DNA from: an uncultured bacterium
Lineage (GTDB): Bacteria > Hydrothermota > UBA3072
Direction of reading: 5' to 3'
Length of the DNA stretch: 64,000 nt
Assembly: GCA_964525555.1 (NCBI GenBank)
Contig: CAZGHN010000005.1
Location: forward strand, 20,515-84,514
The notes under the pieces were generated by a model. It did no database searches. It saw only the letters and a program-made list of their open reading frames with translations, and had not been told where the DNA came from. Positions within the stretch are counted from its first letter, which is position 1; each line of letters opens with the position of its first letter. This document shows, one piece after another, positions 37,990-47,906 of the stretch. The translations under genes and the position numbers were made by a program.

Positions 37990-39381
37990 TTGATTAAACG
38001 TGTAATGATTGTTTTATTATTTCTTTGTTTCATCTATTCTCTTAAAGTCCAGGCTCAGCCGGTGCCTTCAGGCCGCAGACTCCGGGAGATTGTAGCTGGT
38101 GAGTTTGGAGACAGTGTTCTTATCGGCGCAACTACAGGTGTCTGGGCTTATGGAACACTTACAGGAATGATTCTGGGTAGGGAATTCAATTATGTTACGC
38201 CTGAGAACGATTTTAAGCAATGGAGCATTCATCCTGATAATGCAGATTATTATAATTGGTTTAATACCGATAGATGGATTCCCATGATGAGTGATCATAA
38301 TATTGAGATACTAAGAATGCATGGTCCAATCGGGCCACAGTGTTCCGGTTGGGCTCAGGATGATAGCAGAACACCTGAGGAGCTGGATACAAACATGTGC
38401 GATTTTATGGTGGCGGTTTGTCAAAGATATAACGGTACGCCAAAATTTGATTACATGGATGTTGTTAATGAAACTGTAGTTGGTGGAAGCTGGCACACAG
38501 ATAAACCGGGAACAGGCTGGGAATGTCCCTGGTATAAAATGGGTCTCGACACTGCTGGGGTTCCTATTTATATTATAAAAGCTTTTGAAATAGCGGATAC
38601 ATGTGCTCCCGATATAAAGTTAATTTACAACCACCATGAAGAACCGTACAATACCGCTTCCTGGAATTTAATCAAGCAGACGGTGCTTTACCTTCGGGAT
38701 TTGGGCCTTCGGGTAGATGGAATCGGATGGCAGGCCCATGTGGATTATGGCTATGAAACACCAGGAAGGTTAAACTCTATAAGAGCCTTAATCGATTGGG
38801 CGCATGCTAACAATCTCGAATTTCATGTTACGGAAGCAAGTGTATGGGTGAAGGATGGTCCAACGCAAGAACATTTTGACGCGCAAGCGGCTACGTACCG
38901 TGCTATTTTAGACGTTTTACTGGAGAAACGTTTTACCGGTAAAGTCGGATGGAACACCTGGCATATAGAAGATTTGCACGGATGGCATGCTGGGGATGAT
39001 CCCCCCAATTGGTACCCATCACTTTTTGACACCGTTTATGCGGCAAAACCGGCATATTATGCAATACAAGCAGCCTTAGAAGGGGAAGATGGAATCGAGG
39101 ATCCCTATGAAGATAAAACGGTTGCGTTCAAATTGTATAATAATCCGAATCCTTTTGCTTCAACAACTTCGATATGGTTTGAGATTCCGGTAAGAAGTTA
39201 TGTAAATTTGAGTGTATATAATTTAGCTGGTCAGGAAGTTGCCAATTTGGTTTCAGAAGATAGAGATCCAGGAAGACATACCGTTGATTGGAATGCGGAA
39301 GGTTTATCAGCTGGTATTTACTTCTGTCTTATGAAGGCAGAAGACTTTGTTTTAAGGCATGAAATGATACTTGTCAGGTAA
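37990..39381 (+). CDS. GH10 endo-1,4-beta-xylanase-like enzyme with C-terminal sorting-like domain
   Basis: TPEN.FK, DVVNE, DGIGWQAH, HVTE, LFD..Y.AKPAYY; C-terminal PNPF...YNL.GQ.V...GIYF. Confidence 0.88.
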   Translation: MIKRVMIVLLFLCFIYSLKVQAQPVPSGRRLREIVAGEFGDSVLIGATTGVWAYGTLTGMILGREFNYVTPENDFKQWSIHPDNADYYNWFNTDRWIPMMSDHNIEILRMHGPIGPQCSGWAQDDSRTPEELDTNMCDFMVAVCQRYNGTPKFDYMDVVNETVVGGSWHTDKPGTGWECPWYKMGLDTAGVPIYIIKAFEIADTCAPDIKLIYNHHEEPYNTASWNLIKQTVLYLRDLGLRVDGIGWQAHVDYGYETPGRLNSIRALIDWAHANNLEFHVTEASVWVKDGPTQEHFDAQAATYRAILDVLLEKRFTGKVGWNTWHIEDLHGWHAGDDPPNWYPSLFDTVYAAKPAYYAIQAALEGEDGIEDPYEDKTVAFKLYNNPNPFASTTSIWFEIPVRSYVNLSVYNLAGQEVANLVSEDRDPGRHTVDWNAEGLSAGIYFCLMKAEDFVLRHEMILVR

Positions 39382-39499
39382 ATTTCTTAACTTAGCTTTT
39401 AGATTTTCGCTTTTAGCCGTTAGCAAGATTTAGTTTATTGGTATATCTGTGAATCGGTAAGTTCGTTTTATTTTTTTACTAATTTACTAATTCACTCTT

Positions 39500-39817
39500 T
39501 TATGTATCTGTGGTTTCTTTTTTTATCCAGGAAAGATAACTTTCTAAGCCTTCTTTCATTTCGTACGAAACGATTGCGGGAACTTCGTAAGGATGTAATT
39601 CTTTTAATCTTTTTTCGACTTTTGAATACAGAGATTTTCTTGTTTTCATAATAAGAGCATACTCCCTGCCACGGGTGAGCTTTCCTTTCCATCTGTATAC
39701 GGATTCGATAGGAAAAAAAATTACGCATGCGACTAAATTTTCGTTGACTAATGTTTTGGCTATCTTTTCAGTAATAGCTTTATCCCCAAGAGTTGTATAG
39801 ATTGTTATAAATTTCAA
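39500..39817 (-). CDS. cutA: Divalent-cation tolerance protein CutA
   Basis: LVAC, S.YRWKG, KT, HPYEVP.I, Y..W. Confidence 0.93.
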   Translation of the reverse strand: MKFITIYTTLGDKAITEKIAKTLVNENLVACVIFFPIESVYRWKGKLTRGREYALIMKTRKSLYSKVEKRLKELHPYEVPAIVSYEMKEGLESYLSWIKKETTDT

Positions 39818-39827
39818 GATATTCTCT

Positions 39828-40103
39828 CTAAAGAGGTATCCATATTTGTTGTGCGGATATGATTTCGGAGTTGCCGGGTAGATTTATTTCATTTTTTGTT
39901 CTGGAGTAAAAAATTAAGCCTTTGTAAGATGTGAGATAATCGAAATCTTTTTTCATGAATCCTCCCTTTGATACGATAATAACGGGATTTTCGGCCCTGG
40001 ATATTATTTTAATAAAATCTTCTTCCTTTAGTCTTACAATAGCTCCTGAAGCTTTAATTGCTTTTGCAACTGCCTCATATGCTCCTGCTGCTCCATTACT
40101 CAT
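39828..40103 (-). CDS. Hypothetical protein
   Basis: AGGAGG RBS; A.AIKASGAIV motif; operon with cutA. Confidence 0.75.
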   Translation of the reverse strand: MSNGAAGAYEAVAKAIKASGAIVRLKEEDFIKIISRAENPVIIVSKGGFMKKDFDYLTSYKGLIFYSRTKNEINLPGNSEIISAQQIWIPL

Positions 40104-40151
40104 TTTCGCCTCCTTTTTCTTCTTATATCATTTTTTCGACAAAATATTCAT

Positions 40152-40204
40152 AAAAAAACAAAGTATACAGAAACATTGATTTTGCTGTTTCTGTACACTT
40201 TGTT
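40152..40204 (-). terminator. Rho-independent terminator downstream of the beta-barrel gene
   Basis: 19-bp arms aacaaagtatacagaaaca / tgtttctgtacactttgtt (1 mismatch), followed by a T-run on the minus strand. Confidence 0.75.
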
Positions 40205-40268
40205 ATAATATCTATTCCTTTTAAGGTTTATAATTTTCGGTAAAAATTTAACAGCAGGTTTTTTAAAG

Positions 40269-40826
40269 TTAAATGCTGATTTTTATTCCGCCTCTTATAG
40301 GAATATGAGTAAGGCTTCCGCCTTCCATAAATATAATCCCGTATCCGGTTTCGGCGAAAAATCCCATTAGTCCCATGGTGAAACTTGTTCCTGTATAAGC
40401 CAGGAAGCCGAAATCGGTCGATGAAGCGCTAATATCTAAAGCGCCAGACATACTTGCTGTAGTCGTAGTCATTTCTGCGCCTACACCGACGTAAAAAGAT
40501 GCAGGGGAAAGAGGTGGAGCGATGGAATATTCAAGTCCAAGTAGAATAAAAAGATAAGATATTTTAGTTGTAACATCCCCAAGTATTGTTTCTGCTGTTT
40601 CGGATTTCCATGTATATTCAATTGCGCCTCGTAAGCCGACCGGTAGAATAGGCGGCGAAAAAGTAGCCATGGCTCCAAAAGCCGGATAGGTCTGCATTTC
40701 TGCCCCCTCGACATTTATCTTCCACATTTCGACTCCGCCCATTGCTCCCGCTGATAAGCCGAGTACTCCGGCAGAGAGAGGTACACTTATAAGTAATAAA
40801 ACAACCAACACTGCAAACTTTTTCAT
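40269..40826 (-). CDS. Outer-membrane beta-barrel protein (8-stranded OmpA/OmpW-like)
   Basis: Signal peptide ending LSA; amphipathic strands (FYVGVG, FFAETGY, IRGGIKISI). Confidence 0.7.
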   Translation of the reverse strand: MKKFAVLVVLLLISVPLSAGVLGLSAGAMGGVEMWKINVEGAEMQTYPAFGAMATFSPPILPVGLRGAIEYTWKSETAETILGDVTTKISYLFILLGLEYSIAPPLSPASFYVGVGAEMTTTTASMSGALDISASSTDFGFLAYTGTSFTMGLMGFFAETGYGIIFMEGGSLTHIPIRGGIKISI

Positions 40827-40894
40827 ATGACCTCCTTTTTTAGTTTGCTATTATGAAATCATAATCCTTTTTGATAGGAATGTCAAGGGTTTAT

Positions 40895-40974
40895 TAGGTT
40901 TTAGGTCTTAGGTATTTGGTTTTAGTGAAGGGGTGGTGGGATTCTGAATTCTGACTCCTCACCTTCTGACTTCT
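40895..40974. repeat. Intergenic repeat mosaic (two 7-mer runs)
   Basis: ttaggttttaggtcttaggtatttggttttag; ggattctgaattctgactcctcaccttctgacttct (inverted relative of 5844-5878). Confidence 0.75.
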
Positions 40975-41988
40975 TTAAAATAACGTTTTCCCTTTTTCTT
41001 TAAGGGGATCTATTTTTAAATGCTCGTAAGCGAGTGGTGTTGCCTGTCTGCCCTGCGGAGTGCGTTTTAGAAAGCCGCTAATTATCAAGAATGGTTCAAA
41101 AACCTCCTCTATTGTTTCCTCTTTTTCTCCGACTGAAGTGGCAAGTGTTTTTAGTCCCACTGGGCCTCCGTTAAATTTTTCAATTATACTTTTAAGGATT
41201 GCTTTATCCATTATATCGAGTCCCATGGTGTCTACCTCGAGTTGTTCAAGGGCATATCTCGTTATTTCTAAGTCGATTTTACCTTTACCTTTAACCTCTG
41301 CGAAGTCTCGGACCCTCCGCAGGAGCCTATTGGCTATTCTCGGAGTTCCTCGTGATCTTTTCGCTATTTCATCTCCTGCATCACTTGTCATCTTAATTTC
41401 AAGGATGGAAGAAGAACGTTTGATTATCTGACTTAAATCTTCTGCTTGGTAATGGTTTAGACGCGGAATATAGCCAAAGCGTGAACGAAGAGGTGCAGAC
41501 AGAAGTCCTGTTCTCGTTGTCGCTCCTACCAGAGTGAAGGGTTGAAGGTTTATTTCTATCGAGCGTGCAGCCGGACCCGAATCAATCATTATATTTATGG
41601 AAAAGTCTTCCATAGCTTGATATAAATATTCTTCTACATCTTTATTTATCCGGTGAATTTCATCTATAAACAGAACATCGAATCTGTGAAGTTTCGTAAG
41701 AATTCCAGCCAGGTCCCGTGGTTTTTGAAGAACCGGTCCCGCAACGGCCATAATATCGACTTCCATTTCTCTGGCGATGATGTGTGCGAGTGTTGTTTTT
41801 CCCAGTCCCGGAGGACCAAAAAGCAGGACGTGGTCGAGAGGTTCATCCCTTTTCTTGGCCGCTTCCGTAAAAACTTGAAGATTTTCTTTTACTCTGTCTT
41901 GATTGATAAATTCCGAAAAATATCTGGGCCGTAGATTTTTCTCGTATTGGGCATCTATTGGATCTTTTGAAGGAGAAGTTATTCTCAT
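40975..41988 (-). CDS. ruvB: Holliday junction branch migration helicase RuvB
   Basis: LRP, GPPGLGKTTLA, FIDEIHR, GATTR, SRGTPRIANRLLRRVRD. Confidence 0.98.
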   Translation of the reverse strand: MRITSPSKDPIDAQYEKNLRPRYFSEFINQDRVKENLQVFTEAAKKRDEPLDHVLLFGPPGLGKTTLAHIIAREMEVDIMAVAGPVLQKPRDLAGILTKLHRFDVLFIDEIHRINKDVEEYLYQAMEDFSINIMIDSGPAARSIEINLQPFTLVGATTRTGLLSAPLRSRFGYIPRLNHYQAEDLSQIIKRSSSILEIKMTSDAGDEIAKRSRGTPRIANRLLRRVRDFAEVKGKGKIDLEITRYALEQLEVDTMGLDIMDKAILKSIIEKFNGGPVGLKTLATSVGEKEETIEEVFEPFLIISGFLKRTPQGRQATPLAYEHLKIDPLKEKGKTLF

Positions 41989-42533
41989 ATTTCTTTTAAA
42001 ACCTTTTTTACGATTTCATCTACCGAAAGATATTCTTCTTCTTTTATTACTTCGCATATAGCCTGATCTGCCTCTTTAGAACTGTATCCGATTGATATGA
42101 GAGCTTTCTTTGCCTCTTCTGCTTCTTTAGTCGGTGATGTTTTTAACTTGTCTTTTAGCTCAAGTATTATTCTTTTCGCAGTTTTACTGCCTATGCCTTT
42201 TATTTTGGATATTGGGTTTGGGTCATTATCTTCAAGGGCTTTTCTTAATCCATGCCCTCCGAGCCCAAGCATCAGCGAAAAAGCTGTTTTTGGGCCTATG
42301 TTAGGTACTTTAATAAGTGCCCTGAAAAGTTCTCTTTCTGACTTATTTTCAAAACCGTAAATATCTATACCATTTTGACTTATCGACAAATGGGTATAAA
42401 AGAAGATTTCATCACCTATTATCGGTTTTTCGTTCTCTAAAACAGCATTGACAAGGAGTCCAAAGCCGCCGATACTTACATTGATTTTGTTTTTTTCAAT
42501 ATCTAAAACTACACCTTTAATTGATTCCAGCAT
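41985..42533 (-). CDS. ruvA: Holliday junction branch migration protein RuvA
   Basis: LIKV.NIGPK.A, GIGSKTAKRII.ELKDK, AL.S.GY. Confidence 0.95.
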   Translation of the reverse strand: MLESIKGVVLDIEKNKINVSIGGFGLLVNAVLENEKPIIGDEIFFYTHLSISQNGIDIYGFENKSERELFRALIKVPNIGPKTAFSLMLGLGGHGLRKALEDNDPNPISKIKGIGSKTAKRIILELKDKLKTSPTKEAEEAKKALISIGYSSKEADQAICEVIKEEEYLSVDEIVKKVLKEI

Positions 42534-42990
42534 ATATATTTTCTTTGTTGAGATAACATATTATTGCGCCAAAGGCATCGGACACATCCAGCGGAATTTC
42601 TTCCGAGATGCCCAATATATTCTTAACCATATATCTTACCTGCTCTTTAGAGGAAGCTCCTGAACCGGTTACCGATTGTTTGATTTCACGGGGAGTAAAT
42701 TCCTGAAGAGGTAAACCTTTCATTTGAGAAAGCAACAGATAGACTCCACGAATTTCGGCTATTTTTATTAGGGTTTGTATGTTTGGTCCTCTGTATATAC
42801 TCTCTATTACAAGTTGATCCGGTTTCTCCGTTTCTATTAGTTTAGAAAGGGATGTGAAATATTTATTAAGTCTGTCTTCGCAAACCTTATGTTTCAATAG
42901 TTCCCATGAAAGTTTAGTTTTTTTCTTTTCTTTCGATAGTATTGCTATTCCAGTTTGGGAAAGTCCCGGATCTATTCCCAGTATTTTCAA
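42517..42990 (-). CDS. ruvC: Crossover junction endodeoxyribonuclease RuvC
   Basis: ILGIDPG, IE, K.SVTG.G.SSKEQV, D.SDA. Confidence 0.95.
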   Translation of the reverse strand: MKILGIDPGLSQTGIAILSKEKKKTKLSWELLKHKVCEDRLNKYFTSLSKLIETEKPDQLVIESIYRGPNIQTLIKIAEIRGVYLLLSQMKGLPLQEFTPREIKQSVTGSGASSKEQVRYMVKNILGISEEIPLDVSDAFGAIICYLNKENIYAGIN

Positions 42991-43739
42991 ATTTCGGAAC
43001 CTATTTCAGCTAGAATATCATCTGCAATGTCGAAATTGGAATAAACTTGTTGAACGTCTTCAAGGTCTTCCAGTACGGATAAAAGTTTGAGAATTTTTCT
43101 GGCATCTTTATCGTCTACTTCCTTTGTGGCTTTGGGTAGGAAAGTGAGCTCGTAAAGTTCGACGGGGATTTTTTTATCCTGCAACGCATTATAAACTTTG
43201 TGCAGTTCAGTTGGGTTGGTTTGAATTTCGTACGTATCTTTTTCCTCGTTTATATCCGTTGCTCCGGCATCGATCGCTACGTCGGAAAGTTCTGTTTCCG
43301 AAACATCTTTTTTTGGAACAATTATCAGTCCCTTTTTTTCAAAAATATAAGATACACATCCTTCCGCTCCTAATTTACCACCATGTTTCTCCATTGTATG
43401 TCTCATATCGGATGCGGTTCTGTTTTTATTGTCGGTCAAACATTCGATATACAAGGCAACTCCTCCCGGGCCGTATCCTTCGTATTTCGTTTCGACGTAT
43501 TCCACTCCAGGTAATTCTCCGCAACCTCGAAGTATTGCTCGTTCAATATTATCTTTAGGCATATCATTATCTTTTGCTTCCTGAACGATATTTCTTAGTT
43601 CAACATTTTTTTCCGGGTCTTTACCTTTCTTTGCGGCTACTGAGATTTTTCGAGATAATTTAGAAAATATCTTACCTCTTTTTTTATCTTCTTGTGCCTT
43701 CTGATGTTTTATACTGTGCCATTTTGAATGTCCTGACAT
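42987..43739 (-). CDS. yebC: YebC/PmpR family protein
   Basis: MSGHSKW.SIKH.K, YEGYGPGG, TDNKNRT, DVQ.VYSN. Confidence 0.96.
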   Translation of the reverse strand: MSGHSKWHSIKHQKAQEDKKRGKIFSKLSRKISVAAKKGKDPEKNVELRNIVQEAKDNDMPKDNIERAILRGCGELPGVEYVETKYEGYGPGGVALYIECLTDNKNRTASDMRHTMEKHGGKLGAEGCVSYIFEKKGLIIVPKKDVSETELSDVAIDAGATDINEEKDTYEIQTNPTELHKVYNALQDKKIPVELYELTFLPKATKEVDDKDARKILKLLSVLEDLEDVQQVYSNFDIADDILAEIGSEI

Positions 43740-43800
43740 TCAAACCTCCTTTTAAATATTTTAAGTAATATTTAATAATAATCAATAGGTTTTCGTATAA

Positions 43801-44676
43801 TTATTTTTCTATCTTCTTTAATAGCTGTTTCCAATCTTCTTCGACGTTTTTTTGTATAAGGGAAATGTCTTTTTCTTTTAAATGTTTGAATCTTCCCTGT
43901 AGTTTTAAATATTCGGAAATAGGTTTTACTTTAGCAAATTTTTTAGTTAATCTCCATTTTGAGCCATTTTCTATTTCTATTAAAGGAAAAAGATTGCTCT
44001 GTACGGCAAGTCGTGCCAACTTTACTGTTAATTGAGGAGGATATTTCCATCCGGTCGGACAGGGTGAAAAGATAAGTATAAAGCGCATGCCTTCGATATC
44101 CTTAGCTTTTTTGAATTTCTCTATCATGTCTTCAGGATAAGCAATAGAAGCTGTCGCTATATATGGAATCCGGTGAGCCGCCATTATTGAAATAATGTCT
44201 TTCTTCTGGCTTGTTTTCGGACGATCCACAGGAGTAGTAGTAGTCCAGGCTTTAATTGGAGTTGCGCTGCTTCGCTGGACACCCGTATTCATATAAGCCT
44301 CATTATCATAGCATACGTATATCATGTCGTCATTTCGTTCAGCTGCACCTGAAAGTGTCCCAAGTCCTATATCATATGTGCCTCCGTCTCCTGCCCAGGC
44401 AACGACGTTGGGTTTTTTACCAATTATTTCGAATGCTGCTCTTATTCCGGAAGCAGTAGATGCGGCAGTTGCAAAAGCTGCGTGGAAAAGAGGAACATTC
44501 ACCGACGAATATGGAAATGGTCCGTCTATTACAGTCCAACAGCATGCCGGTATTGTAAGGACTGTGTTTCTACCCAGAGCTTTAAGTGCATGTCTCATTG
44601 CGATATTTCCACCGCATCCCTGGCAGGCGACATTCCCACAGCTCATTATTTCTTCTTGCGGTATTTTTAATTTCAT
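43801..44676 (-). CDS. porB: 2-oxoacid:ferredoxin oxidoreductase beta subunit (POR/VOR family)
   Basis: AC.GCG, GDGGT.DIG, DNEAYMNTG.QRSS.TP, SPCPTGW. Confidence 0.9.
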   Translation of the reverse strand: MKLKIPQEEIMSCGNVACQGCGGNIAMRHALKALGRNTVLTIPACCWTVIDGPFPYSSVNVPLFHAAFATAASTASGIRAAFEIIGKKPNVVAWAGDGGTYDIGLGTLSGAAERNDDMIYVCYDNEAYMNTGVQRSSATPIKAWTTTTPVDRPKTSQKKDIISIMAAHRIPYIATASIAYPEDMIEKFKKAKDIEGMRFILIFSPCPTGWKYPPQLTVKLARLAVQSNLFPLIEIENGSKWRLTKKFAKVKPISEYLKLQGRFKHLKEKDISLIQKNVEEDWKQLLKKIEK

Positions 44677-45827
44677 ATCTTCAAACCTTTCCAGATAATA
44701 TCCGATTTAGGCTTTTTCATTTTTTTAACTTCTTCATAAATTTCGATTATATTTTTACTTGTGACATCCCGTCCGCCGAGCCCAGCTATTACTCCGAATA
44801 TCGGAGGAGAATCTTTTTCGTTGTACATTGCAGCTTTAATTTCTTGAAAGAATATCCCGGAAGCTCCGAATCCGATATTCCTATCTATAACAACAGCTTT
44901 ATCGACCGAGCTTAAAATCTTACGTACTTTTTCTGCAGGAAAGGGTCTGAAGACCCGTATTCGTAGTAAACCGACTTTTTCTCCTTTTTCCCGCAGTATA
45001 TCTATTGATTTTCTTGCTGTGGAAGCAATAGTTGCTGAGGAAATTATAAGATTTTTCGCATCGCGAGTTCTGTATGTTTCTACAAGACCATATTTACGGC
45101 CAAATATTTTTTCGAATTCTTCTCCTGTTTCTTCCCATCTGTTAAGAGCTTTTTCCATAGCTTTTTGGATTTTATATCTGAGTTCATAATAATTATCAGC
45201 AGTGGTCAGGCCCCCGAAAGTATGGGGGTCATCAGGGTCGAGCTTGTATTCTCTTTCGTAAGGTGGAAGAAATTTATCGACTTTTTCCTGTTCCGGTATT
45301 TCAATTGCTTCAGAGGTGTGCGAAAGAACAAAAGCAGCCAGGATTACCATTGCAGGTAACTCAACAGATTCGGCAACTTTATAAGCTTGGATGACCGAGT
45401 CCAGAACTTCCTGATTATTCTGTGCGTAAACTTGCATCCAACCTGTATCTCTCTGTGAAAGAGAATCGTTCTGTTCCGTCCATATAGACCATGGTGGGGC
45501 AAAAGCCCGATTTATATTGCCCATTACTACAGGAGTTCTGGCGCCTACAGCCCAATGTAGCATTTCGTGCATAAGGGCAGTTCCCTGTGATGATGAAGCA
45601 GTAAATGTCCTAACTCCCGCAGCAGAAGCCCCTATAAGTGAAGCCATAGCGGAGTGTTCGGATTCTACTTTGATAAATTTAGCATTAAGTTCTCCCGATG
45701 CGCACATTTCGGATAGAAGCTCTACAACTTCAGTTTGTGGTGTTATCGGATATGCCGATATTACCTGAGCTCGGGAGAGTTTAGCCCCGTAAGATAAGGC
45801 ATGGTTGCCCATTAAGACTTTTCTCAA
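44673..45827 (-). CDS. porA: 2-oxoacid:ferredoxin oxidoreductase alpha subunit
   Basis: AYPITPQT, VESEHSA, SSQG.ALMHE, GLGGRD; probable TTG start overlapping the porD stop. Confidence 0.9.
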   Translation of the reverse strand: MRKVLMGNHALSYGAKLSRAQVISAYPITPQTEVVELLSEMCASGELNAKFIKVESEHSAMASLIGASAAGVRTFTASSSQGTALMHEMLHWAVGARTPVVMGNINRAFAPPWSIWTEQNDSLSQRDTGWMQVYAQNNQEVLDSVIQAYKVAESVELPAMVILAAFVLSHTSEAIEIPEQEKVDKFLPPYEREYKLDPDDPHTFGGLTTADNYYELRYKIQKAMEKALNRWEETGEEFEKIFGRKYGLVETYRTRDAKNLIISSATIASTARKSIDILREKGEKVGLLRIRVFRPFPAEKVRKILSSVDKAVVIDRNIGFGASGIFFQEIKAAMYNEKDSPPIFGVIAGLGGRDVTSKNIIEIYEEVKKMKKPKSDIIWKGLKI

Positions 45828-46147
45828 TTTTCTTCCTCTTCGATATCTATGGCTCCCGAGGGGCATTCTTCCCAACAAATACCGCAGCCCTTGCAGTATT
45901 CATAATTGATTACGGGTTGTTTTATTTCTTCTTTATCTTTTTTCTTTGTTTTTTTTAGCTTTATAGCGCCTTCAGGACAAAATTTCCAGCAGATCAAGCA
46001 ATCAGTACACTTATCGTAGTCTATTATTGGGCGAAAGTTCCGCCAGCTTCCGGTTTTATTATATTCCATTGAAGAGAAGGAAATTGCCGAAGAGGGAAGA
46101 TCCTTTTCTTTTTTGTAAATAATTATTTTGTAAGATTTTTTTGCCAA
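45824..46147 (-). CDS. porD: 2-oxoacid:ferredoxin oxidoreductase delta subunit (2x[4Fe-4S])
   Basis: KTGSWR..RP, CTDCLICW..CP, YCKGCGIC.EECP. Confidence 0.9.
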   Translation of the reverse strand: MAKKSYKIIIYKKEKDLPSSAISFSSMEYNKTGSWRNFRPIIDYDKCTDCLICWKFCPEGAIKLKKTKKKDKEEIKQPVINYEYCKGCGICWEECPSGAIDIEEEEN

Positions 46148-46150
46148 TTT

Positions 46151-46699
46151 TCAGACCCTTGTTCTTTCGTAAGATTCTTCTGCTGCTTTAACGTTATCTT
46201 CTTTTTTTCTGGGGACTGCATTTTTTATGGCTTTTTTAAGTGATTCTAACTTACAGAGCTTTAGTATTTTTATAACACCGCCAAGTATTGCCGTGTTTAC
46301 TATAGGTGTGGATTCGCTCCCCAAATGGTACTTTATAGCAATTTCCCTCGCCGGAACAGCGGCAACCTTGAATTTACTGTCAAAACCGAATTCTTCGGGA
46401 TTTTTTGTGGTGTTTACGATGATCCAGCCGCCTTTTTTTAATCCGTCTGTAAGTTCAATAAAACCTATAAGGGTTGGATCGAGAATAACTATATGGTCAG
46501 GTTCGTATATCTTGGATCTTTCATATACTGTATCGTCACTGATACGTAAGAAAGCTCTGACCGGGGCACCTCTTCTTTCTACTCCGTATTCAGGGAAAGC
46601 CTGTATGAATTTTCCTTCGGAAGATAGCGCTTCGGCGAGTATTTTTGTCGCGACTACAGTTCCCTGTCCGCCTCTGCCGTGAAGCCTTAATTCGAGCAT
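46151..46699 (-). CDS. porC: 2-oxoacid:ferredoxin oxidoreductase gamma subunit
   Basis: HGRGGQG, FP.YG.ERRGAPV, NTAILG. Confidence 0.9.
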   Translation of the reverse strand: MLELRLHGRGGQGTVVATKILAEALSSEGKFIQAFPEYGVERRGAPVRAFLRISDDTVYERSKIYEPDHIVILDPTLIGFIELTDGLKKGGWIIVNTTKNPEEFGFDSKFKVAAVPAREIAIKYHLGSESTPIVNTAILGGVIKILKLCKLESLKKAIKNAVPRKKEDNVKAAEESYERTRV

Positions 46700-46703
46700 T
46701 TGA

Positions 46704-47687
46704 TTACCACCTTAATACCGTGGCACCCCATGTGAAACCGCCACCGAAAGCCGTAGAAAGAAGTATATCTCCTCTTCTAAGCCTACCGTCTCTTACTGCC
46801 CAGTCAATTCCAACGGGTATGGTGGCAGCAGACATATTACCGGTTTTATCAATTGTGATAACAGTTTTTTCCATAGGGATTCCCGCTCTTTTGATTGTAG
46901 CCTCTATAATTCTGATGTTTGCCTGATGAGGTATGTATACGTTTACATCTTCACCATCCAAGTTAGCCTTTTTTAAGGACTCAATTGCAGCTTTTTTCAT
47001 TTTGGTGACCGCGTGTTTATAAACCTCACTGCCCTGCATTGATACTGTGTGGAGGTTTTTTTTGACAGTATCTAGAGTTGGAGGCATTTTTGTTCCTCCT
47101 GCCTCCTGAATCAAAAGTTTTCCGAGTCTTCCATCCGCACCCCACATATAAGAAAGCAATCCTGAATCTCCATTTGATTTTTCTATTACCGTACATCCTG
47201 CCCCGTCTCCAAAAAGAATACAGGTGGAACGATCGTCCCAGTTTGTGACTTTTGAAAGGGTTTCACTACCGCATAGTAGAATTTTATTTGCCATGCCCGT
47301 TTTTATCATGCTGGCACTTAAGATAAGTCCATAAAGATATCCTGAGCACGCAGCGCTAATATCGAAAGTTGGAATGTTGGTCTTGACTCCAAGCTTTTTC
47401 TGAACCCAACATGCGGTTGCCGGAAAAAAGTTATCCGGTGTTATCGTAGCAACCATGATCACATCTAATTCCTTCGCCGGGATTTCAGCCATTTCCAGAG
47501 CTTTCCTGGCTGCTTTCGTAGCCAAATCCGAAGGAGTTTCATTTTTATCTGCGATATGTCTTTCTTTTATTCCGGTTCTTGTTGTAATCCATTCATCGGA
47601 AGTATCTACCATTTTTTCCAGGTCAAAGTTTGTTAAGATTTTTTCGGGTAGGTAAGACCCAGTCCCGGTAATTTTAATATTAAACAT
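46704..47687 (-). CDS. fabH: Beta-ketoacyl-ACP synthase III
   Basis: DTSDEWI..RTGI.ER, AACSG, FGDGAG, PHQANIRI, GNMSAA, FGGGFTWG; start at MFNIK after AGGAG. Confidence 0.96.
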   Translation of the reverse strand: MFNIKITGTGSYLPEKILTNFDLEKMVDTSDEWITTRTGIKERHIADKNETPSDLATKAARKALEMAEIPAKELDVIMVATITPDNFFPATACWVQKKLGVKTNIPTFDISAACSGYLYGLILSASMIKTGMANKILLCGSETLSKVTNWDDRSTCILFGDGAGCTVIEKSNGDSGLLSYMWGADGRLGKLLIQEAGGTKMPPTLDTVKKNLHTVSMQGSEVYKHAVTKMKKAAIESLKKANLDGEDVNVYIPHQANIRIIEATIKRAGIPMEKTVITIDKTGNMSAATIPVGIDWAVRDGRLRRGDILLSTAFGGGFTWGATVLRW

Positions 47688-47878
47688 CAGCCAGTCTCCT
47701 TTATCTATTCTATGTAATGAGTAGTAAAAGTCAATCCCCGCTGATCTTCTATGCAAAAAGGAGTAATAAGGAAAGATTTTTAACAAATCAAATATATTCT
47801 TTTCTTTTTTGTTCTATGTGTGTTTTTCATTTCTCTGTGTCCTCTGTGGTAAAAAATGGGGAGGTGGGGGATACGGTA

Positions 47879-47906
47879 TTGACAAAGTCTAAATCACCGA
47901 TATAAT
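47879..47906 (+). promoter_or_regulatory. sigma70-type promoter for acs (divergent from fabH), preceded by a repeat block at 47805-47853
   Basis: TTGACA-N16-TATAAT. Confidence 0.8.
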
